In this document: positions 50,295 through 51,925 of the stretch, piece by piece
Numbering within the stretch: the stretch's first letter is position 1
Layout of the letters: the number at the start of each line of letters is the position of its first letter
Source: Eubacteriales bacterium
Lineage (GTDB): Bacteria; Bacillota; Clostridia; Oscillospirales; CAG-272
Assembly: GCA_045634705.1 (NCBI GenBank)
Contig: JAZRAU010000081.1
Location: 1-51,925, forward strand
Reading direction: 5' to 3'
DNA length: 51,925 nt
The notes under the pieces: generated by a model
Told to the model about the DNA's origin: nothing
Databases searched by the model: none
Seen by the model: only the letters and a program-made list of their open reading frames with translations
Made by a program: the position numbers and the translations under genes

Positions 50295-51569
50295 ATGTCG
50301 TTCAATGAAGAGATGCGCCGCCGTGCAGTCCTCGTGGCAATAGCCCCATCGGCGGCAGAGCTTGCGGAAACCGAGATTGAGCTTTCCGAGCTTATGCGCC
50401 TTTTGGACACCGCCGGCGGGGAGTACGTGGCACGCATGATCCAGGTGCGCCCGACCCCTGATCCTGCCACCTGCATCGGCAGTGGGAAGCTCGGCGAGCT
50501 CCGCGATCTTTGCAAAAGCGAAGAAGCGGGGCTTGTTGTGTTTAATAATGAGCTCTCACCCTCTCAGGTCAGGAACATTGAGGACGAGCTTGAGGGGGTC
50601 GATGTCATCGACCGTACCATGCTGATCCTTGATATTTTTGCGTTGCATGCTACAAGCGGAGAAGGTAAGCTTCAGGTGGAGCTTGCCCAGCTCAAATACA
50701 CCGCCTCGCGCCTCATTGATAAAGGGGTGTCTTTCTCCCGTCAGGAGGGGCGCATCGGCACACGCGGCCCCGGTGAATCTAAGCTGGAAACCAACCGCCG
50801 CCTTATTAAGCACCGCGCGGCTGCCTTGGAAGCCGAGCTGCGGGAGCTTGCGGAAACCCGCGCCACCATGCGCGCCGCGAGAGAACGGAGCGGCATCCCC
50901 CGCATTGCCATTGTCGGTTACACCAACGCCGGAAAATCCACGCTCCTCAACGCTCTGACCGATGCCGGCGTTCTTTCCGAGGACAAGCTGTTTGCCACGC
51001 TTGACCCCACAACGCGCCGTCTCTCGCTCCCCGATGACAGGGAAGTGCTTCTCACCGATACGGTCGGCTTTATCCGCCGCCTGCCGCACCAGCTGGTCCG
51101 CGCCTTTCATTCCACTTTGGAGGAGGCCACCCGCGCCGACCTTCTGCTTATCGTTTGCGATGCCGCGGATCCCGAGTGCGAAAGTCAGCTGGCGGTGACA
51201 GAGAGCTTGCTTGCGGAGCTTGGTGCCGGAGACCTTCCGCGTGTGATTGTTTATAACAAGTGCGATCTTGTCGACGGCCTTCTCTCGGCTCCCCTCTCAG
51301 ACAACCGCGTCTTTCTTTCGGCACGCGAGGGAAGGGGGATCCCCGAGCTTCTTGAAGCTATATCCCGTGAGCTGCGCCGCCGTGAGCGTGAGGCGGAGCT
51401 CTTGTTCCCGTACAGCGACCTTGGCTCCATGAATCTTTTGCGCGGAAGCAGCCCGATCCTTACCGAGCCCGAGTATCGCGAAGACGGGGTTGCAGTGAAA
51501 GCGCTACTTGATGACAAGAATTTCAATAAGTTTTCCAGGTTTATTATAGGGCAGAAATACAATGACTGA
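50295..51569 (+). CDS. hflX: GTPase HflX
   Basis: The HflX N-domain carries IGSGKLGELR and LAQLKY...GPGESKLE. The G-domain carries GYTNAGKSTLLN, DTVGFI and NKCD. A GGAGG RBS is present. Confidence 0.93.
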   Translation: MSFNEEMRRRAVLVAIAPSAAELAETEIELSELMRLLDTAGGEYVARMIQVRPTPDPATCIGSGKLGELRDLCKSEEAGLVVFNNELSPSQVRNIEDELEGVDVIDRTMLILDIFALHATSGEGKLQVELAQLKYTASRLIDKGVSFSRQEGRIGTRGPGESKLETNRRLIKHRAAALEAELRELAETRATMRAARERSGIPRIAIVGYTNAGKSTLLNALTDAGVLSEDKLFATLDPTTRRLSLPDDREVLLTDTVGFIRRLPHQLVRAFHSTLEEATRADLLLIVCDAADPECESQLAVTESLLAELGAGDLPRVIVYNKCDLVDGLLSAPLSDNRVFLSAREGRGIPELLEAISRELRRREREAELLFPYSDLGSMNLLRGSSPILTEPEYREDGVAVKALLDDKNFNKFSRFIIGQKYND

Positions 51570-51925
51570 ATATCGCACGTTGCTCGGCGAGGGACGCGCC
51601 GAGATCGAAGAAAAGCGCTCGGTTTTTATCGGAAGTGCATCCTTTGTCACCTCGGAGGAGGAGGCGGTGGCCTTTATCAACCGCATCCGCGCTGAGTTCC
51701 CCGATGCCCGGCACAACGTATACGCGTACCTTTTGCGTGAGGGGGCCAAGACGCGGTATAGCGACGATAAGGAACCGCAGGGCACGGCGGGGATCCCCGT
51801 TTTGGAGGTGCTCCGAAAGAACGAATGCCTTGATGCCGTCATCGTCGTCACGCGTTACTTTGGCGGGATTCTTCTCGGCGCGGGCGGTCTTGCCCGTGCC
51901 TATACCGAAGCGGCGGGCGCGGCCG
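51562..51925 (+). CDS. yigZ: YigZ / IMPACT-family (UPF0029) protein, 5' part (runs off the window)
   Basis: This ORF is not in the track because it is open at the edge. ATG 51562 overlaps the hflX stop by 8 nt. Its translation is MTEYRTLLGEGRAEIEEKRSVFIGSASFVTSEEEAVAFINRIRAEFPDARHNVYAYLL...DKEPQGTAGIPVLEVL...VVVTRYFGGILLGAGGLARAY. Confidence 0.8.
   Translation, partial: MTEYRTLLGEGRAEIEEKRSVFIGSASFVTSEEEAVAFINRIRAEFPDARHNVYAYLLREGAKTRYSDDKEPQGTAGIPVLEVLRKNECLDAVIVVTRYFGGILLGAGGLARAYTEAAGAA

Overview
This is a GC-rich, tightly packed chromosomal segment from an endospore-forming Firmicute of Clostridia type. That assignment is an inference from the gene content: yunB, cwlD, spoIIGA-sigE, whiA and a DUF1540 protein. 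I call about 55 CDS, nearly all core housekeeping. They include the tig-clpP-clpX cluster, radA, and the lepB-rbgA-rnhB-yraN run with rplS alongside. They also include the nusB-xseAB-tlyA-nadK-argR-recN-murB-whiA-dnaE string, spoIIGA-sigE, rpmE and hflX. Many track ORFs are over-extended at the 5' end by alternative start codons, so I re-set starts where an RBS, a promoter or the neighbouring gene argues for it. I see no rRNA, tRNA, CRISPR array, IS element, prophage or obvious defence island, and the intergenic gaps are filled by recognisable sigma-A promoters and rho-independent terminators. I therefore do not claim a self-contained novel system. The items most worth a second look are these. 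(1) A five-gene biotin-dependent Na+-pump decarboxylase operon with two different carboxyltransferases, one of them motif-divergent. (2) A TsaD/Kae1 paralogue translationally wedged between nusB and xseA. (3) Trigger factor with a 112-aa lysine/alanine repeat tail. (4) A lipoyl-less E2/CAT-fold protein whose catalytic His is replaced, located next to an EF-G2 paralogue. (5) A ClpE-type zinc-ribbon Hsp100 co-transcribed with cvpA and an Mrp/NBP35 ATPase. All functional calls come from reading the translations by eye, and no database search was possible.
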